Origin: Kudoa neothunni
Taxonomy: Eukaryota > Animalia > Cnidaria
Assembly: GCA_964304625.1 (NCBI GenBank)
Contig: OZ199838.1
Location: 5,872,443 to 5,936,442 of the forward strand
DNA: 64,000 nt
Direction of reading: 5' to 3'
Shown here: one piece after another, positions 1 through 14,324 of the stretch
Layout: each line of letters opens with the position of its first letter
Numbering within the stretch: position 1 is the stretch's first letter
Notes under the pieces: generated by a model
What the model was told of the DNA's origin: nothing
Databases searched by the model: none
What the model saw: only the letters and a program-made list of their open reading frames with translations
Translations under genes and position numbers: made by a program

Positions 1-2794
1 TTCAGCACATGATAGCATATGAAACAGACTTATCGACTTCATTATGTTCATCTAATTAGTATTGAAATTCATCAAACCCCGACAACGATTGTCATGTTTC
101 ATAGTCCGACAAAATCTCCTGCTTTGAATTACTTATGAAAACCAAGCGAGAGCAAGAGAACTGCCAGATCAAATAAATACTAAATTACAATTGATTTTGA
201 AATAATGTTTCTTGTGAACTATACGAATTGGCTATTTTTGTTGGCTCATTTAATTTTCACCTTTAAGTACAGAACTAATTTAAGCGACCATACTTTTTAT
301 AGTCTAGTATTACGTTTATATTCATTTTTTACGTCTAATATTTTGGAATAATTATAATAACATAATTCATTAGAATTATTTATTACTTTACATAAAAATG
401 GTCTATAAGCCGGAATGAATAATAGTTTCAATCATTGAGTGTTAAGTCACGAGGAGTGAAAAGATAAGGTTCATCCTTTTTCAATTATACATAGCAAATT
501 GAGTTAACCAAAACATTTTGGTTTTAATTTATCTTAGAAGTAAATGGGAAAATTTGAAGTTAAAATAAAAAGTATAATTGAGTCTTGACATTCACATGGA
601 AGAGGGTTGAGAAATGAACGCGGAAATTACGATGGGGGTACGGGTGTTAAATTTGTAGGGAAACATTGTTATAGACAGAATTAACAATGGGCAATTGCTA
701 ATGACGAAATATGGCAATCGATAAAAATCATAGTTGTCACACTCAACTTTTAGGATAAATAAAGCAATCTTTACTCCATCGATTAAATAATATGGCCTGT
801 GGAAATAGCTGCGAGAGGCTATCTGTTATTCAAAGAATATATTACAGCAACTATTATTGATAGCAAAGACAGTGCCGATAATAGCCTACTGGTGGTGAAA
901 CAATGATAAATACAAAAAATTTGAATAATCAACAGATTCGATTTTTACCGTAACCGCTGATTTGGAATACGGCCACTATTCTACATTTTAACCAAATAAA
1001 CTTTATAGATCAACTACCAAGGGGAGTTAACAGGATTAAAAATGAGCACCGGGAAAGCGTAATTGTCGTTGTGGACTAAAAACTTCTGTGCCCGTAGCAA
1101 GTGCCTAAATATAATATGTTTTGATAATAATGCTTTGAAGAATCCATTATGTTTATTAGGTATTAATATCAACTAGATACGCAATATCCAGAGACAACCG
1201 TATATCAAAAAAAATACATTTGAAGTATACGATACACCAAACATTCTTTCTATTTGGCATCAATTCTTTTGTCTTCGATCCCAGTTGAACGAAGCTTTTT
1301 ATAACTAGGACATAAAAAGAACGCAGGAAGGGCGAAACTGTCGCCAGATCATTAACGCATGCTGCCAATCTTATAGTTAAATGGTAAATTAACTACTTGA
1401 TTCACAAATTTTTATTTTGAAGCCTGCGTTCTCCGATTTTTATCGCATGCGTCATAAATTAATAAGATTAGAATTTGAAAAAGAATGTGAAATATCGCGT
1501 AATTTTCTTTTCGCTAAAAATACCATCACAAAATTTTATAATTAGAAAATGATTGAAATATAATGATAACCAACGGTAATGAGCAAAATTTTCAGTAAGA
1601 TTATCCAACGTGTGAATAATCGCAAATCTATTGCGTACTTAATGTTAAACCCACAGATTTCCGTAAACTTTCGTCTTGATTACTATAAAGTTAACGCACT
1701 CGATATATTAAATCTCTTCCATTACAAGATCAAGGAAACAATGTAATTATGAATATTGGCTTTGAATATTAATCAAGATTTATTTAGGATAATCTGTTTC
1801 TATAATTAAAATTAAAATATCCTGGTATTTAGCATTTAAAGCAATCATAAATAAACAAATAAATCGTCCTTTATATCGTGAAAAAATAACGTAGCTTGAT
1901 CGTTTGTAAGCCCGACTTAATGCGACGTTTTACACAGACCTATAAGGTGTGATGTCGCATAAATATACGTTATTTTTGTTATTCTGCCAATAAAAATTAC
2001 TCCATCTATATGGGGTGTCGTTTGGCTGTTTCCAAACAATAAACAAACGATGTTAAAATTAATCTTACGTGTGTATCAGAAGATTCCAAAGTTCTAATAT
2101 CATCTCTTGAATAAATCATTATTATTATTGCTTTCCTATAGCGAGATATAAAATTTTGTTATAGGCCCTTGTTGCTGAAATGTCCGAAAAAATCTCCAAA
2201 GAGGAATGTATTAATTCGTTATTGTTGATAGTTTTGGTTGGTCCCAACCCCCATGGAGATATATGATAAGGTGGTAATATTAACTATTGACCAATTTAAT
2301 GGTTGATGTAAAATAAAATATGAATAAATTAAAGCATATTTGATTAGATTCTTTAAGCTGAACATCAAAATAGCTTAATTCGTCCTACTATTTAGCTTAA
2401 ACTAATAGGGATGGCACCTCACCTAATTTGATTTGATTATTTTGTCGATTAGAACTTAAATAGTCGTTGTTTGGTTAAAAATCAATAAAAGTGAGTTGGC
2501 ACAATGATATACAGGTAGGATTATCCGGTAATCGTATGTAAACGCAATGTCCGAGAGTGAATTAAACGCAGCTATTGCCGATTAATTGGATCTGAAGTTA
2601 TTCTAAGGTGCTCTGATCGTACCTGCTTTGTATTGTTAGCGCCAAGGCTCTGTATTTGGTGTTTATGTATTTTTATATTTGACAATCGAGATAATTGGTC
2701 CTCCTTTATAGTTTTATAAATTGATTGGTTGAGGTGTTAAGGTAGCGAATGTCTGTTTATTTTTATTAATGTCATCATTAATGTATAGAAAAAA

Positions 2795-5728
2795 ATGGTA
2801 AAAGACTACGTAGCCCCTATACGCACATACGAATATCCGTTTGAGTTGGTGATGAAAGTAGATTTTATTGTTAAAAACTAGTTTTCGCAGATTGTTGTGT
2901 TATAAAAATATTTTTCATTAGGCCTATGAACGAAGGTTCCCCACGACACCACATCTGCCTACGTTTGCGGGTTCAGAAGTTCTTAATGAATACATCAATG
3001 AAGATGGCTCAATTTCGATTGTTGAACGACGTTGCAAAGTATCAGTGAACCTGCCATACCTGTTGAAAAAAGTGATTATTTTCTTTGCATAAATTTTCAA
3101 ATTTTTTATTAGATTGCCGGTGTGGATCATTTATTTTTTATTCAAACCAACACATTAGATTACACCAAGCGGATGTTAAAAATTGAAGCTAGGAATGAGA
3201 GTTTTTCAGGAAAAGTTGCTGTCAAAGAGTTGTGTTATTACAGAGTATATTGGTGGTTTGTGAATAAACAGGAGACTATTCACACTTTTGTTTCTATTAG
3301 GTTCATCCTGAGAATCGAGACTGGACAATTTTTGAACAAAAAGCTGAACTTGAAATGTTGAATTTTTATGGTTTTGAGAGTATGATTGAGAAATTTGGTT
3401 TTAAAAACCTACTCCGCCCAAATCAGAAAAGTAATCTCTATATCCCATTTAATAAATCACTTTTAAAAATTATCATACAATTTTTAGGCTAAAGAAGTGC
3501 TTCCAATTTTTATTGAAGAACTAAAAAATGAAGGAATAACACATGTTCCTATTTTTGAGAAACCTACAACAGGTGAACTTGGAGTATCGGATGGCGTCAA
3601 TTTGAATGTAAATATGTGTGCTTGCCAACCTCTTAATTTCATTGTGCAGAAACCAATTATTACCGATACTTCATTTGATTCACTTTCTGGAGATTTCATG
3701 TCTTGCAGCATTATCACTGAATCGCTCAATGCTAGTAACAAGAATTCAATTTTTGTCAATGTATAACTACGGTTATAGTGGATTTCGGCGAGAATCTATC
3801 AAATATGTCCAATGAAACTCGTAGCCTGTTAGAACAGAATTGTCTTATAAATGTAATTAGAATAAAACTATTTATTATGGTAGAAATTACTTTAGATGAA
3901 AAGAAAATGGGAGAAAAAACAAAATTGTGAAGTAATTTACTGCATTCATATAAAAAAGTATTTGAGCTAATGCTAATATGGATCTTTAATTCAGACAAAT
4001 ATTGATGATTTGGATCTGTTGAGATTTTTACGAGGAACAAAACTGAATGAGCAACGTGTATTTTAAATCTGTTACTTGCCACGAGTATAAAGCGTTATTC
4101 CCCCTTACGTTAGACTCATGAAAGATTGTTAAATTACGTCAAATGGAGAGTCACCAATAATATCGATCTACTTCCACCATCGTGGTCTCTTAGTTCTAAT
4201 CTTAAACCATACTTTCTCGGCGGATGGCATCATCACGATAACGGTAAAGTCTATTTAATAGTAAAATTGCTGGAAAAGTTTTTCTATTAGAAGGTAGACC
4301 CGTGTATGTTATTAAGTTGGGACAAATTGACTTGAAAGGTCTACTGAAGTGTATTGGATGTAATAGCTTTATAAAACAGGTAATTTTTATCAATTTATTA
4401 AACAGTGATATATTAAGTACTTATGTTGATTAGGCTTTGTGTTTGTTTGAAGAAGCACTCGGAAAGATTAAATCTATGAAAGTTAAATCGTCTGAATCTA
4501 ACTGCAGGTAATATCTAACACATTTAGAATCCACGACCGTGTGCTTATTGTGGTCTAGGAATATTACATGTATTGTCGATTTGGATGGGTTGACAATGAG
4601 ACATGCTTGGAGACCTAGTAAGTTGGTAATAGCTGGAGACGTTATTAATTTCATGCCAGTTACGAGGACACTTTTGAAACTGATTGAAATTTGTGAGCGT
4701 TACTACCCAGAAACACTTGGAAAAATGATTATCACTAATACACCAAAATTCTTCACTTTGTTGTGGCCATTAGTTCAGGCTATCATTGCTGACGAAACCA
4801 AAACCAAGTTTTTTATCTACCCTAAAAATATTGCCAATGTATATCTCTAGTTGTTTTTTTGTTAAGGTGAGTTTTTAAAATTTAGTTGGAAGTTTTGAAA
4901 CAACATATTCCTGAAGAATTTGTACCCAAATTCTTAGGAGGAAATGCTGATGTAATAAATTTATCATTTTATGAATAAATTTATTTATTAAATTTTAGTT
5001 GCCATTTGGGGATCCGCCAACTCCTCTGATTCCAAAATCCCTTTATCTTGAATATTACATCGATGAAAATAACCAACATTTGGAAAACTGCCTTATGGAA
5101 TACAACTATAAAGTCATTTCTATTTCCAAACTACACAACCATCATGTATATATTATCGCAGCTTGTTTTCTTCTATGCAGTGTCCTGCTTGTGCAAGTTT
5201 TTTTGATTCTTAACACTATTTTAGGTGTCGATTCCTATCGACGAAGTTGATAACATTATTTCATGGGATTTCGACGTGTTAGATGGATCAACCTACTATC
5301 GAATAACGTTCTCAACACAAACCAGCGCACTTACCGACAGAAAATCATTCTCCGACATATCTGATCATAGTGTTCGAGTCTACAATGAGGGTAGTTCCGT
5401 TCGTGTAATTTTTTATTACTGAAAATACTGCCTTCATTTAATCTTAATGTTAAGGGATCTCTTGTGTGTGATAAAGTTGGAACTTATAACCTTGTATGGG
5501 AGTACTCTGAGTCTACAACTGTCGTCAAACCTAAAACAAAAATAATCTATTATTATGAAGTTATCCCTCCGCAAAAATTTAGGTTCCCATTCATGACTCT
5601 GTTCGACATATTAATAGTTGCGTTTTAGGAGCTCATTGCACAGTATTAGTTCGTCTCTCAGCGATCTTTCTCAAATGGACGCATTTGATTGTCGTTATTC
5701 TCAGTATATTGACCATAACAAGGATTAA
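2795..5728 (+). CDS. SEC14L1: SEC14-like protein (PRELI/MSF1 + CRAL-TRIO + GOLD), SEC14L1/retm family, multi-exon
   Basis: Spliced translation: MVKDYVAPIRTYEYPFELVMK|AYERRFP.., VHPENRDWTIFEQ, DLLRFLRG, CIVDLDGLTMRHAWRP, CERYYPETLGKMIITNTPKFFTLLWPLV, SWDFDVLDG, YYEVIPPQKFRSSLHS..KD*. About 15 GT-AG introns of 40-120 nt. Frame anomalies at ~3403-3407 and ~3860-3935. Confidence 0.9.
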
Positions 5729-7874
5729 TCTCAATTTTTTCAACCCCACTGTCATGTGATATATATTTGCGATAATGTCCACATAATTGATGTTGATCAT
5801 CAACCAAAATATCTTGTTCTATCAAAATACTTCGAAATTTCTAATTTTTACATGAAAATATACCTGACCTCCATATTTTCTAAGTTATTTTCAATTTTTC
5901 TTTTACAATTTTTGCGCCTATTAACCAGATATATTACAGCTTGGTTTTAAACTATCCCTATCTCTCAGGGTATATCTTCTTGAAGATTAATTATGTCTGA
6001 TTTTTTATAATTAGAATTTATAAGGAAATTGCTATTTGACACAGTATATAATATTCAGATGTTGCTAGTTTTGATTATCTTTAGTTATTTCTAGCATTTA
6101 AGAGCGAAGCAATGGATCAGGAATAATTTAAAATAGCAGAATCTAAACATTCAAACTTGCTTATAGCCTGCGACAAGAGTTTCTGGGATTAAAAATTTCA
6201 ATCGCATATGCGTACGGGACGTTTAAGATTAAAATTTACCGTGTCAATGGCCTCCGCCTTTTTTTAACTAAGCTAATAATTAAATTGCCTAACTCAATAG
6301 ATATATTCTCCAACCTTCTACCTTACTCCATCATTCTTATGAATAATATTTCTCAATTTTTGCAACCGCGCAGAGTTAGTAATTATCTTACAACTAACAG
6401 ATGTAAAATACTTATTAGATCGATCTTGAGGGAGCAGTTTCTAATTTTCTTATTAATTGTACCAGCTGAGGTTAGGGCCATAGGTTTAATAAGTATAATG
6501 GTATAACACCAATATATTATAACAGTGGAAAGTTTGTAAAAGATATAGAGTATTATGAGTTACTAAATTTTTTTAATAAAATAATCCATTAGAAAGTAAT
6601 GACGTTGATTTAAACACATAACAAATGACACTATGTTTTATATTGATAAAAAAATTAATAAAAATATAGTTTTAAAATCATCAAGTTTTTAATAAAAGTC
6701 ATTAAGTAATCTACGTTTATATTATCTCTATCACTCATGTTAAATCAAGTTTATAAGTGCAGGATATTTGGTATAATTAAGACCACAAGTTTGTTACTGC
6801 ATCAAATATTAATTTTATTCTCTATCTATACATATTCTACAATATTTTATAAAAAATTTAACAGAAAATCTCGGCATTTTCCATGTAATCACTAATCAAG
6901 TAGCAAAACGAGGATTTTTTGTTCCGAAAAGGCTAAGGCTGCGGTTCATGAGTAGGAATGTGAGAATCCATCACAGATTAAGTCTGAGAAATTTTGAATC
7001 ATTTTCAAGATGTTTCTTATCTTGTATTTCGAAACAACAAAAAGCTGAGGTTGTTCATTCACTTTCCTTTCTTATGAATCTTAGATAATTTTAATTTAAC
7101 TTATCAACATGACTTTAGAATTATTCGTTTTTTTGCTTTAAAATGGAAAACTTTAAAAAAATGAGATAACATAATCCAGTTAATGTTAAAACATGTTATA
7201 AATAAGTTCTACACAAACTTCTTATCCATTAAAGTTGTAGATTTAATTTAAAACAATCATTTTTCATGATCAAAATGTATCATTTATAATGAAACCTGAT
7301 TAATAGAAATGAACCCTTTGCTTAATCATACTGCGTCATGGTTATTTCTATTAACCTCTAATAACTAATGTGAACTAAAACTTATCATTCATAGGAAGTT
7401 TGAGTTGGGAAGAGTTTCTCTTCATCGAATATGTCTAAAATCAACCATTTTATTTGTAAGCATACACTCCGATAGCAATATCCACTAAATAAACAAGCAA
7501 CTACAGAGTGTAAATAGAATAATCGATATCAGAACTCAATAATCAAGGATTGAAATCCGTGTAGAAGGTTGGATCTACACTGGCAATTTTTATGCATAAT
7601 GATTTATGGGTATTTTTCTTATCTTTATTAAACGATTGCCAATCTACTAGAGTTCACATGGACAACGGTGAAAACACAAGTTTTAGGTTGGATGGCGTTT
7701 AACTATCAGAATTTCAAAAAATGCGCTCTGAACATAATGTTGTAAGATAAGAATATGTAAAAGAAAGAATCAACGCGTGGCGGAGAAGGCCAATTAATTC
7801 AAACTGCAGCAACGCTTACAAAAAACACTAATTAACTACAATAAATATATCTAACAAAATAGTTTTGACACGTG

Positions 7875-10800
7875 CTAACGAACATTTGTGGAAGAGATAT
7901 CTGAACGTTGAATTAGTGAATGGAGCTTGACGAAAAAAATGCTCTCCAAACAATTAGCATATTTCACGTAGATAGTTTCTATTGAGTTGTATAGTCGACA
8001 GTTGGAAAAAATTAACACAGCATCGTTCACAAATGCAGCTAGATTAGAATATTTATCATCTTCAAGGTTGTTGGAAAGAGTGCTAAGATCCATAGGTGTT
8101 TTGACAACTGTGCCATAATCGGTCACAACAGACAAATCTACAGGGAGTAGAAAGGGCGAAGAAATGTCAAACGACTTCAGTTGAGTAATAACATCAGTAA
8201 GAACTCTTTTACCAACAAGTGACATGGGGGAGCAATGTCCAACCGCAATACGTTCCAAAAGATTGGTTTTACATATATCACAAACGAAATAACTGTAAAG
8301 AGTTGAGGATTCATCCGGAAAATTGATACACTCAGCGTGGTGCATACGAAAGCAAATTTGGCATTTGATAACGTCATCCTCATGTCTATCGTACGAATGG
8401 TCGGTAGGTTTAACAGAGTTGCCACAACTACACATAAATGGGTTCGACATAGGATCGATGGATTTTGTTCCAACAAGAACACAATCATCTCGTGCCAGGT
8501 CACAACTAGGACAGTAAAAACGACTAACAACCGAAGCCTTCAATTTGGACATTCCATAACATACACCATGAAACACATTCCCACAGCCAAAACACGACAC
8601 AAATGTTCTATCTGTTGAAATGGCGTAAGAAGAGCAACAACAACTGGTTCGACTTGGTTGTTTATTGGAAAGATTGCTTTTATGGGATTTTTCAGAGTTG
8701 TCGGAATAATCGAATTCTTCATAGGGAAGCTTTGGTTTATGTGCTCGATTGCTCCTACGAAAATGTGTATCTTTAAAACTGGAATTTTGATAAGCGGATG
8801 GAATTGAGTTATCGGAATTATTTTTGCATTTGTTAGACGATTTTAAGAATTTTCCAATGATGAATTCTTCATTCGAATACAACCGATTTAATTTTTCTTG
8901 AATATCAATATAAGATGGATATGATGAGTTCTCCATCATCATATCGGAAAGCTTTTTATTTCTTCTCAGATTTGCTTTCAAATATTCAGCATGAACATTC
9001 AACAGTTCTTCCACTTTGAAACCAAATACAGTATCAATTTTGGGTTTGAGTCTGAGTTTTTCTTCTTTAACCTGTTGATAAATAACCATATTTTCATAGC
9101 TCATATCAATGGTGGATGATTCTTGAGGTTTTTTTGAAGTTTTTGTAGCAGAAAGTGGTGTTGGTGTGGTAGTTGTTGATTTAACGATACCTTTGAAAAT
9201 TGCACTATAATTGCCGAGGAAATGTTTGGTAGGATGCAAAGTGGGAGTTTGTTGTGTATTCAACGGCATCATCAAATTTTCATTTTGCTGAATCGGTTTT
9301 TGCAAAGTAGTAGATGGAGAGAGCTGTTGTGCTCCATTAGCAGATGATAACGAGTCACCATTACCAGCGTTACATTTGACGGCGTCATTTTGAGGCTTAA
9401 CTTGTTGACTAGTTACTACAGCTCCTACTGCTGGGAGAGAACAATTAGTTCTAGTTGTAGTGGCAAGATGTAACCATTTTTTATGCTGCAAGGTGTATTC
9501 GGTTTGAAGTCGAGTGCGTTCATCTTCAATTTTGGCCCAAAAACGTTTAATCAGTATAGTATTAACTTCATTTTCATGAACCCATGCGGTAGTACTGTGC
9601 TTGTAGACTAGTTTGGTGCTGTTGCGATTGTTGTTTTGGCATGAGGATGAAGCTGAAGCCGAACGTAGCACATGCTCATTGACCAAATGTTCTGGAGGAA
9701 CTGAATTCTTTCGAAATGAGGACACATATCGTCCATCATCGTCGCCATAGGTGGCTGTGTCGATTTTGCTTTTGGATATAATATCGATTTCACCATCCTT
9801 ATTCAATATCAAGCTGTTATTATCGATAAGATGGTAGTTGGTACTATTAACTAATTTGGAGAGAGGTTGAACCGTTCTTTTAACAAAGTACGCATAAATA
9901 AGCCCGTCGGAGGAGATAGATTTAGCATCTAAGATCTCTTCGGTGACAATACCCTCATCCACTTGGGAGCAATAGATAGGAGTGGTTTGTAAGTTGATAC
10001 CACCAACTACGATCTCATCGGTGCCTCTAATGTCATTTGAGTTATTGTTGAGATTGTCCAGATCGAGGCAAGTGTAGAATAACTTCATTAAATAAGCAAT
10101 ATCGAAAATGGAAGACACACTAAGCATTCTGACTTCCCAAATTCTTCCAATAGATGGTCTTGGAAAACACATTGGCCAATTTTGAGTGCTTGACGATCGA
10201 TAAGAGCTATTGTTGTAGTTGAAACCTTTCACCTCACAGAGACCAGCCTTTCTTCCCAAACGAAAACGTTCATCTGCACAAATTCGGTACACACGCAACA
10301 CATCACACATATTGGATACCACTTGTCGACTGTTCACAAAGTGTTTCAATTCACGGGTCATCAAATTATCTGGCATGGTAATCAACGGCTTCCTACTGGA
10401 CATCAAACCTTGCTCAATACTTTGCAGTAGTGCACTTCCTTTTCGAATGAAAAATTTGGACACCGCTTCGCCAGGTATATAGTCGTTCACATTGAAGGAT
10501 GAAGCGAATAAATTTGATGGCATAATTTGGTTAGATTCGATAGATGCAAGGGGGTTGTTATGAGCTCCAACAGGAGCCAACGAAGGTAACACATTAGTTT
10601 GGCATTCATTTAACATTGGTGAGGTCTTGCTGTTGGCAGCTGCAACACATGACGAGTTATAGTTATTCTTCGAAATTCTCTCCACAATTTTATTCAAATA
10701 GCCAGGTTTTTGAGTAAATTTTTGCAACGCATCATTTCTGCCAGCTAAGTTAATCAAATACCAACCACCCTCGCCAGATAATCTGTATTCTTCTCCTTTT

Positions 10801-12977
10801 TGGTTCCACACCCGATGTTGAGGGGGTTTTCTGAATTTAACAAACGGATTGTTGATAGTGACCGTTGAATGTTTGTGGGAGGGCGACTTAAATTGCGGTA
10901 TTGCGCCTTTCACAATCACATCAACATTCACCAACTCATCAACTTCATTGTAGTGTTTAATTAGCTCATAGGTTTGAAAATTTCTAACCAAGATGGGATT
11001 GGGTTTTGCACGATGGGATTTTTCCACTTTGGTGTCTGGACACACAATTTTACATGGTAAAAGATGCCCAGTTGAATCGAACCAACTGGATTGGAAGGTA
11101 AAAGGTTTGATCATGTGGTAAAAAAGCAAAATCAATGCAGCCAGTTTCGCAGGACTAGATGCCAATCTAACACACTTGGCCCACGCAGGAAGTTGATGAT
11201 ACCATATCGGATTGAGATACGGTGACGGGAGAAGACTCTCCAAATTGATAAGTGTGTTTTGTATCAACTTTAAAAACGCAAACTCGTGAACGACACGGTA
11301 CGACGCGCCATTACATTTCCTCAACTCAACAATATCTTTATACAATTGATCAAACCCACCGGACCATGACAGATTATGATAAATCATTTGCGAATTGTAC
11401 ACTTTTTTAGATAGGTTAGGATGCCATAAAGCTGAATGCTCATTCGCGCAAAAATAATAGTAATAATTGGAATAACGAAGATAACCATCGTTCATCCCAA
11501 TAAAATAAAAACGGGAATTTTTTAATGATACAATCGATGTGCTCTTATCTACTACTACTGTGGAGGAAACAGCAACCAAATCCAACTCATATATTGGAGT
11601 ATAGCCGGGGAAACATTCGGATTTGATTATGGCTGAATTCCTACCAACCTCCTTACACACATCGTGTTGGTGGATATAATCCACAAGTTGCTGTGATAGA
11701 CTGTCCGTCGCATTACGATTCAAATAGGTCAACAATTTCTCAACCGCAGCGACGCTACTATAGTAGGTCAATTTTCCCGTTGAATCCTCGACAAATATGC
11801 GACGTACAGTAAACCAATAAAGTCTTCCACAACTATCAACTCCAATAGGTTTTAAGCTTTGCTCGACGTTTCTGTAACGATAATAGAGGTCATCAATAGT
11901 TAATCCATTCAAGGAATGTTCACAACAGGACGAACATATCAATTGTTGTTGCTCATATCGGGCATTTACGAGGCATTCTTTATGATAGGTACGGGGGCAA
12001 AGACAACACAACACGAGATTACCAGGTTTTTTGCATAATCTATCACAACAACAAGTAGTTTCACGAAAATATAAAACACATAGAATGTTACTTGCACAAC
12101 CTGTCGGACATCCTAAGTGAATTACTACCAGTGAAATATGTTGAGAAGACAGTAGATGTTATAAAATTTGAGTGTAACGCTCTTAACAAACAAACTTTGT
12201 CATCAATCGACGAAGATATAGGAAAACCAGCTTTACTAACGATACTTTTATAGAGGGGTAACAATGAGTTGGAAGAGGAAAAGTATATTTTTACAGCTTC
12301 CACCCAAGTAAAGTTATCGATAGCATTATTAAATACGTGGGCAGAATCCTTTTCGTTTGGTGTGAAATAGGTAATTCCGTTATTTTCATCGTCAATAAAA
12401 AGAACACGAAGATAAGCTAGAAATATTTCAGCTATCAATGGCGATTGGCCTTGATGAATCAGACAAAAACAAAAATCTTCAAATCTAAATGGGGCCAATC
12501 GAAGAATTGTTCTCATTCGGATAGAACAGTCATAGATTTCAATGATTGACATCAGTAGGTGATTGGGAATAAAATTCAAATCTTCCGATCCACATAATAA
12601 CAACTTATCGTCGTCGACTAAACTGCTGCAGTTACCAGCTAACGCTAACGTCATGCTTTTATCGTTGCGCACCACAGACCAACAATGCCTCTCTGGACAC
12701 ATATCACTAACAATCACGTCACGATGAGTGTAAAAAGTGATAGGTGACTCGATTGCGATAAGATTGCTATGACCAACTCTACCATTCGATTTATTGGTAT
12801 CAGCAGGCTGTAATTTAGCTAATCTCCAACTTAACTACATGAAACTAAACACATTCTACCTTTTAATTTTTCAGATTGCCGCAAACTACGACGCAAAGGT
12901 TTCGGACAACCAGCGCCATCCATCAATCCACAGATTGTTTGTAAGGTCAGATCGGACACTCCCGTGTCTCTCACCAT
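7875..12977 (-). CDS. BPTF: BPTF/NURF301 nucleosome-remodelling factor subunit (DDT, PHD, WHIM/WSD, 2 PHD, bromodomain), ~1669 aa
   Basis: Exons 12977-12860, 12818-12092 and 12039-7875 (introns 41 and 52 nt) sum to 5010 nt in frame. Motifs: DDT LRLAPFRFEDFC, IDNFTWVE; PHD CKLCKKPGNLVLCCLCPRTYH; PIGVDSCGRLYWFTVRRIFVE; QKGEEYRLSGEGGW; WPMCFPRP; bromodomain PFLLPVD..DYGTVVKTPMDL..NCRLYN. Confidence 0.92.
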
Positions 12978-14324
12978 GAGTTACTAATCTCTTTCTAAAA
13001 TTACACATCTGCGTTCTTCCCGCACATAATTCTCAACCGACTATAGATCGTGTGTGTGGTTTTATGATTGAGCCAAATTTTCACCATTTATTTGATTGTG
13101 CGTGCGCATGAAAAATTTATAGGTAACGGTTCAACGTGTATTCTAAGGTTGCACTAGTTCTAAGCATTATTCTTGGTGAGAAATTTAAACTTAAAAAAAT
13201 TTGACTGGATTCATAACATTGGTTCTATCATTATTATAACATAACAAAACCACGTTTCCGCATACTAATTACCAGATTTGTTAACGGATACTTACGATTC
13301 ACGCCGGACGCTATTAAAATCCTGACGTCAGGTTAACCGAACTTAACCGAGAGTATGTGGCTCTGTGTTGCTAATCTACATTACTTTTACCTTGGTAAAA
13401 TTTTTGACAAATTAGTATAAATACTATAATTGATTGTACTCGCTAATACAGATCCTATGATTTTGTGTATGCGAATTGGTTGATTTTTTTTGGAAAAGTT
13501 TGACGAAAGATCACCCAAATGATTTTAAAATAATCTAGTTTGTATTATTAACGGTGTTTATTGGACAAATTAATTGGAATAGGAAATTAGAGTTTATCGT
13601 GATGAAATAGTGTTGTCGAGCCTCTAATCAACTTTTTATATTAATTTTGGCCGCAAGAGACTTATATTTTAAATGTATCGTGTGATAATTAAGACAGTCA
13701 TGTTTATATAATAGAAGGGCTTGATACGTGGTTATTGTTACACATGAATTTGGGTTCGTTGCAATATGCCTCTATAACAGTACTTCCTGTTTCAGTTTCC
13801 ACACTCCTTATCAACAAAGAAATTATAAAACGGATTTATTATTAAGTGGGGAAATATTCCTACTAAAATTACGCAAAAAGGAGTCTACTTTTTAACGAGA
13901 AAACGAATGTAAGTCGAACATATACTACTAATAATTAATTAAATATTTTGACATTTTTCTTGTCTTTTTAAGGAAATAATTAGGTCATCGCGAGGCTCTT
14001 TATTAGATAAAGATACGCACACATCATAATGTACATAGTAAATGAATATTTAATATTTTAACGCAAAATATCCAAATGTGGATTTTCGCGCACTCGCCGA
14101 ATATGAGTCTCTGTAATTTTTCATTTTAATTTAAAAATTAAATATTAAAATATGAACTAATCTTGAATGTTAATTTTTAGTTTTTATGATGTTTGAATGA
14201 ATGTTGATCTTAAGTTGAAGTATACAAATTTGAAATAATTAAACAGATAAATCTATAAAACAAATTTTTTATGTTAATTAAAGTTTAATTCTTATTTGCT
14301 TATATTTCACCCCAAGATATATAC

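Noticed and set aside
105-176. Terminal exon of a gene entering from the left edge (SDKISCFELLMKTKREQENCQIK*)
   Set aside because: Plausible, but too short and truncated by the window to support.
7386-7735. Small minus-strand gene just downstream of BPTF
   Set aside because: Some exon-like pieces (DIFDEEKLFPTQTSYE*), but no consistent start-to-stop model could be built.
8177-10482. Short overlapping and antisense ORFs inside BPTF (likewise 58677-62203 inside SBNO)
   Set aside because: Shadow ORFs of long, GC-richer coding exons, with no recognisable motifs.
13321-13332. Perfect CRE palindrome CCTGACGTCAGG upstream of BPTF
   Set aside because: A single short site that cannot be distinguished from chance or TE-derived sequence.
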